Positions 54,901 to 56,847 of a stretch of 56,847 nt of DNA are shown here, piece after piece (the first letter of the stretch is position 1; every line of letters starts with the position of its first letter). The notes beneath the pieces are model-generated. The model had not been told where the DNA came from and searched no databases. It worked only from the letters and a program-made list of their open reading frames with translations. Source of the stretch: a virus. Taxonomy: Duplodnaviria; Caudoviricetes. The DNA lies in the IMG/VR virus record IMGVR_UViG_3300042879_003989, positions 1 through 56,847 of that record; one strand, 5' to 3'. The position numbers and the translations under genes are program-made.

Positions 54901-56847
54901 CAGATCGACCATCGCGCGCGCCACGTTGCGCCCGTTGAAGCCGTACTTCGAGCCCGACTCCTTCTTCGGCAGCAGCGCGTCGGGGAACTCACGCGCAGCG
55001 CGCAGCGCGTCCACCTTGGTCTTGTACTCGGGCAGGTCCTTGACCGCCCGCTTGCTCAGGCCTTCGGCCTGGCGCTCGTTGAACCAGGACCGCAGATCGG
55101 TCTCCAGCGCGTCGACCCGGTCGAAGTAGGCTTCCCACTGGACGATGAGCTGATCGAAGTCGCCGCGGCTGGCACGGCGCAGCGCGTCGACCGCGTTGAA
55201 CCAGTTGTCGCGCACCGGCGTGTTGGGGCTGGTCGCGCCCAGCAGGTCGGCGAACAGATCGCCCAGGCCGCCGAACTCCTGGCGCAGGCGCGTGCGCATG
55301 GCCTTGTACCAGCCGGCCTGCGCGAGGATGTTGCGGGCGTTGGCGTCGCCTCGGGCGGCGCGCTTGAAAACCGTGCGCACCTCCTCGACCATGCCTCGCG
55401 CCACTGCGTTGACGCGGCGCGTGTAGTTGGCGGTGCCGGGCTCCAGCGACTTACCGTCGGCATCGGCGCTGAACTGGTACGAGATCGTCTTGTACTCGTG
55501 CATGACCTTGCGGTCATCGCCGGTGCCCTCGACGACGGTGCGCGAGTAGGTGAGCGGTTCCCAGCCCTGGGCCACCGGGTGGGCCATCTTCGTCTTGCGC
55601 ACGGCCGCTTCAATCTCGGCCACGGACACGCCGGTGGCCGCGGCCGAGGCGTCGATCGCTGCGCGCTCCTCGGCGCTGATCATCGAGCGCTCGGCCGTCT
55701 CGCGGATGCCGCGCGCGGCCACCATTTGCAGGCGCTCGACGGCGGCCTGGTTCAGCACCCCGCGCTGCTCGAGCAGCGCACCCGCCTGCGCGCGCGGCAC
55801 GATGAAGAACTGGTCGGGCGTGTACTGCGCCAGCATCTCCAGGCGAGTGACCAGCGTCGGCTCCTCGCCCATCTCGTGCGCAGCGAACACCAGGTCGCCA
55901 TCGGCGAACGCACGCTCGAGCTCGACGCGGTTGGCAGGTTGCGTGCCGTACTGGGTGATGAGCTCCTCGACCACGTCGGGATCGAGTGCGGCGCGCGCCC
56001 GCTCAAAGACTTGGCCTTCGAGCGCGCTCTTGCGAACGATGACCTCGTAGTAGCCGTTGCGCAGCGCGTTGACGGCCAGCACGTCATCAACGCTGACTGA
56101 ATACGGCAGCGCTTGCCGGCCGTTTGCCGCAAACCTGCGCGCCGTGCGCTCATCTGCCATGAACACCGTGCGGGTGCTTGGACTGCGCTCGTTCTCAGGT
56201 GCGTCCGCTCGCCAAAGCGTCAGGCGTTCACCGTACCGTTGCCGCAACAGCTCTCGCGTACCTTGGAACGCTTGGGCAACATCGGCTTCCGTGTACGTCC
56301 CCTGTTCCAGGCTGCGGTCAAGGGCGCGGAGCTTGCCGGGTCTTACGCCTTGAGCGTCTTCCTGCAGGTCGTACTTCAGGAAGTCCTGCAGCGCTTCGGT
56401 TTCTCGCACGGCCACGCTGAGCAGCTCGTCATCAAACACCGCTGCCGGGCTGCCCGGCGCATTCAGCACCCCCGTCTGCTGCCCGGGCGCGGCGCCCAGG
56501 ATGCGCAGCGGGTAGCGCTGGAAGAACTGCTCGGCGGTCAGCCCCAAGCGCGAGCCGTAGGCGGTGTAGAACGCGCTGGCCCAGGTGGCGTAGCCCTCGT
56601 TCACCGCCTCGCGGAACCGGCCCGTGGCGGCGAGCTGACGCTTCACCTCGGCCTTCACCGCCTCCTGCGAGGCGCGCGCCGCGGCCTGGTCCTGGGCCTG
56701 CTGGATGACGCGCTCGGCCTCCTGCTGCAGGAACACCTGCGCCTGCTCGCCGGCGGTCTGCGCCTCGAACGCGCTCGGCGCGTCGGGCGAGGTGCGGGCG
56801 TGCTGGGTCAGCGCATCGGCCAGCGGCGTGCCGGGCGCAACGGTCAG
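48928..56847 (-). CDS. Giant polyvalent ejection protein (prophage 2), 5'-truncated: ART-like, HhH-glycosylase-like, zincin and H-Y-E ADP-ribosyltransferase domains
   Basis: Frame open to the window end; scaffold paralogous to 5723..14005; HETGH at 53101-53115; LYHGT...GVYFT...EWVVFDPKQI. Confidence 0.85.
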   Translation of the reverse strand: MTVAPGTPLADALTQHARTSPDAPSAFEAQTAGEQAQVFLQQEAERVIQQAQDQAAARASQEAVKAEVKRQLAATGRFREAVNEGYATWASAFYTAYGSRLGLTAEQFFQRYPLRILGAAPGQQTGVLNAPGSPAAVFDDELLSVAVRETEALQDFLKYDLQEDAQGVRPGKLRALDRSLEQGTYTEADVAQAFQGTRELLRQRYGERLTLWRADAPENERSPSTRTVFMADERTARRFAANGRQALPYSVSVDDVLAVNALRNGYYEVIVRKSALEGQVFERARAALDPDVVEELITQYGTQPANRVELERAFADGDLVFAAHEMGEEPTLVTRLEMLAQYTPDQFFIVPRAQAGALLEQRGVLNQAAVERLQMVAARGIRETAERSMISAEERAAIDASAAATGVSVAEIEAAVRKTKMAHPVAQGWEPLTYSRTVVEGTGDDRKVMHEYKTISYQFSADADGKSLEPGTANYTRRVNAVARGMVEEVRTVFKRAARGDANARNILAQAGWYKAMRTRLRQEFGGLGDLFADLLGATSPNTPVRDNWFNAVDALRRASRGDFDQLIVQWEAYFDRVDALETDLRSWFNERQAEGLSKRAVKDLPEYKTKVDALRAAREFPDALLPKKESGSKYGFNGRNVARAMVDLWRVVKNADPDIGRGGTAPKALNFSGNLIGFRQRATIDVWAARMLQRLAGRRRIPSVAETGVSGEMREDATTTLQFGFGQDVFAKAARDIRNDPELNTDPVLAKTNDDDLQAVVWFIEKEVWTVNDWTSAAGEGGSFELEANLTGTSQQARVKELRSIIDSSPPTSDLVTAGQDTTAALKMIEDHERAHEAEIAELRKLQSGEVKGTKKRMIELGRIVRPPVEATRLIGNVERAKARLEAFNARKVAAKAELAALEREVDRFVGGLSIQMSKDTQGVDFVPTDADMARLAEAIRLAVYAPDDGSTVLGAKALSTQGRYGGIERSLDLEVVAREGYDANVLWLEMLRQAQAARQDSTFLSRVLRVNEDVDYQRHRPGVEIYFRSAADAEKLEKVLADLAQEGVEFLTVIVDGRRLANTMAGEMPAAVGVRLQYVPEFEQRYGMDDFGGLDDVALADKIKAKASELRALAERVSASVEGVSFAGQFWYDTQVAFSAEYQEKIDALATGTAEGGAGGVRGPQWTGQPVRAGLEGADRQVRETAGGQPGGDVLGGDAQRPEPAAAGLAAPQVLEQGPRGTFNPQTLELVLNPNADLSTFFHETGHFFLEVLADVASQPGAPQQIADDMAKVLAWFGVQDLATWNAMTLDQKRPYHERWAESIEQYVMEGKAPSVELAPVMRRFRAWLVSVYQSIKQFLAARGVAPAGGQTLGQAAAPEGVLTDENGRPLVLYHGTRGDFAKFKPSRIGAMGPGVYFTDNPKVAEGYADVTTRRGQEGGANKILPVYLTVRNPLVIDSVNDASEQLFNFVDPSGKLSDDEVIAKLRGMGYDSVHAKADGEWVVFDPKQIVSAISGEVLGQGDQPAGPRMGLNDDIRRVMDRMLATDEQIAQANEVAGLVPDEQADGEAAERLQKRSIADLKWAVKARDKVIAKLKREAREIEKTIRAEVTAEINQRPEVLAKAAIEKAEKEFEADPMAADMNIAAIADSFGYPSVEAMYRAIEAFGDRAESIDGATERRMLEEHGDLIDERAITEAANEAVHNEARARSLATELRTQQEMLGGRADTGQVNARGARVTVSVLVEAAKQFGANVIARTSLKDLRATAWKHTAAERRAGKRWQEATMTGDTAAAVKAKQDQVLNNAAAKAALDAAAEAKKVLEFFARVTKGNDEKTVEKGRDPDIVNAARAVLAMYGVETPASKGAAAYLERVKQNDPDTWSALEPMIAAATQNAQPLEALTFEELQGLNEAVRAMWFLAKRSRQMEVDGNLLDIDDAAGELFARMEQIGIPDRVPGEGMAVTRAEERGLFLKQGIAFLRRVEQWAEGMDGKYGGPFLRLVFQPIKDAADRYRKERIEYRKKFQALVEQIPPIAADAVIEAPELGYTFGTPGSTAGTAMNEILHAIAHTGNDSNKRKLLLGRGWAAELPDGTLDTTQWDAFINRLVAEGKLAQGHYDFVQGVWDLLEETKPLAQKAHRDAFGRYFSEVTANEFIDPFGVMRRGGYVPAQVDGRLVKDNALRKLAEEENNSMAFAFPQPAKGFTMARTEYNRPLMLDLRSLSQHLDKVLLFSLMTNPARDVRKLLTRKQVSQPLDRIQPAALESMLQPWLQRSAQQIVETPIVGSGKWARLPGIIRARAGMALMFANVSNAVQQITGLSTAAVRVKPSFLMRSLAQYVANPRQFSQAVWGASPYMDDRAKNEVSVLNEQMEAILLNPSTYEKVKDWSSRHAYFLQTALDNVLSPIVWTGAYNQALADGMSDTDAVRFADSTVRQTQGSTLPEDVSRFETGPAYARAFTQFVGYFNMMANTNGTALKQLAGEVGLRKGAGKALYVVMMGFMAPIWIAEAIALAFRGGPEDEDDDGYLDDWLAEVFGMGTAKGLLAQIPIAGQFGVAAVQRFNDNPLDDRVSLSPAVSLLESSVGAPQSVYKAIVEDGSAQKAIRDVATLVSVATGVPVYGLARPIGYAAGVAQGKIEPEGPADLARGLITGTASPESKQR
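53196..53402 (-). CDS. Nested 68-aa gene overprinted in the +1 frame of the prophage 2 ejection protein gene
   Basis: AGGAG 7 nt before ATG; helical hairpin MPSQLELLKEALAESEARSGPDNPFVQGLRAQIARYE; TAG stop made by a rare TTA codon in host-frame VLEQ. Confidence 0.72.
   Translation of the reverse strand: MPSQLELLKEALAESEARSGPDNPFVQGLRAQIARYEKPLADNPVETYSAGMRSAPSLQPPGLPPRKS
53534..53562 (-). promoter_or_regulatory. Intragenic promoter for nested gene 2 with operator-like site
   Basis: TTGGAC-17-TAAAAT with extended TG; TGTAGCA-CT-TGCTGAT at 53539-53554. Confidence 0.68.

Larger units (their letters stand above)
43613..56847. mobile_element. Prophage 2, related element in tandem (continues beyond window)
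   Basis: Repeats the left-end gene order of prophage 1 (tailspike, lysis, tail fibre, giant ejection protein) with diverged sequence. Confidence 0.9.

Noticed and set aside
43758-56847. Simple duplication or terminal redundancy of prophage 1
   Set aside because: Lysis genes, fibre bodies and effector cassettes differ, and the shared scaffold has many substitutions

Overview
High-GC window (roughly 70% by eye; a Burkholderiales-like host is my inference) containing two related temperate podophages integrated in tandem, in the same orientation, at the 3' half of tRNA-Leu(CAG). Prophage 1 (<1 to ~43665, ~44.6 kb from the repeat offset) is nearly complete. It has a BPP-1/T7-like virion module on the minus strand (terminases, portal, scaffold, capsid, cement, adaptor/nozzle, ejection proteins, three beta-helix receptor-binding proteins) and a GH108 lysis cassette. 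It also has a primase-helicase with an iteron-like ori, a cro/cI switch, a replication operon (DUF2800, DUF2815, family B polymerase, VRR-NUC, SNF2, DHH), and xis-like plus tyrosine integrase genes. After an attP-like junction, prophage 2 begins with a paralogous tailspike, a different (GH24) lysis cassette, a tail fibre and a 5'-truncated giant ejection protein. The most striking feature is the pair of giant gp16-like ejection proteins. They share a scaffold but carry different effector cassettes (HhH-glycosylase-like, GNAT, ADP-ribosyltransferase) bounded by V-L-x-Q-type motifs. Each also contains a small gene overprinted in the +1 frame, with its own Shine-Dalgarno site and an intragenic promoter resembling the phage operator. 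These are candidate nested immunity or regulator genes. Two phage-specific promoter classes are readable: early promoter/operators and CGTGTCCGT-N18-(-10) late promoters. All family assignments are by motif recognition and synteny; no database searches were run.
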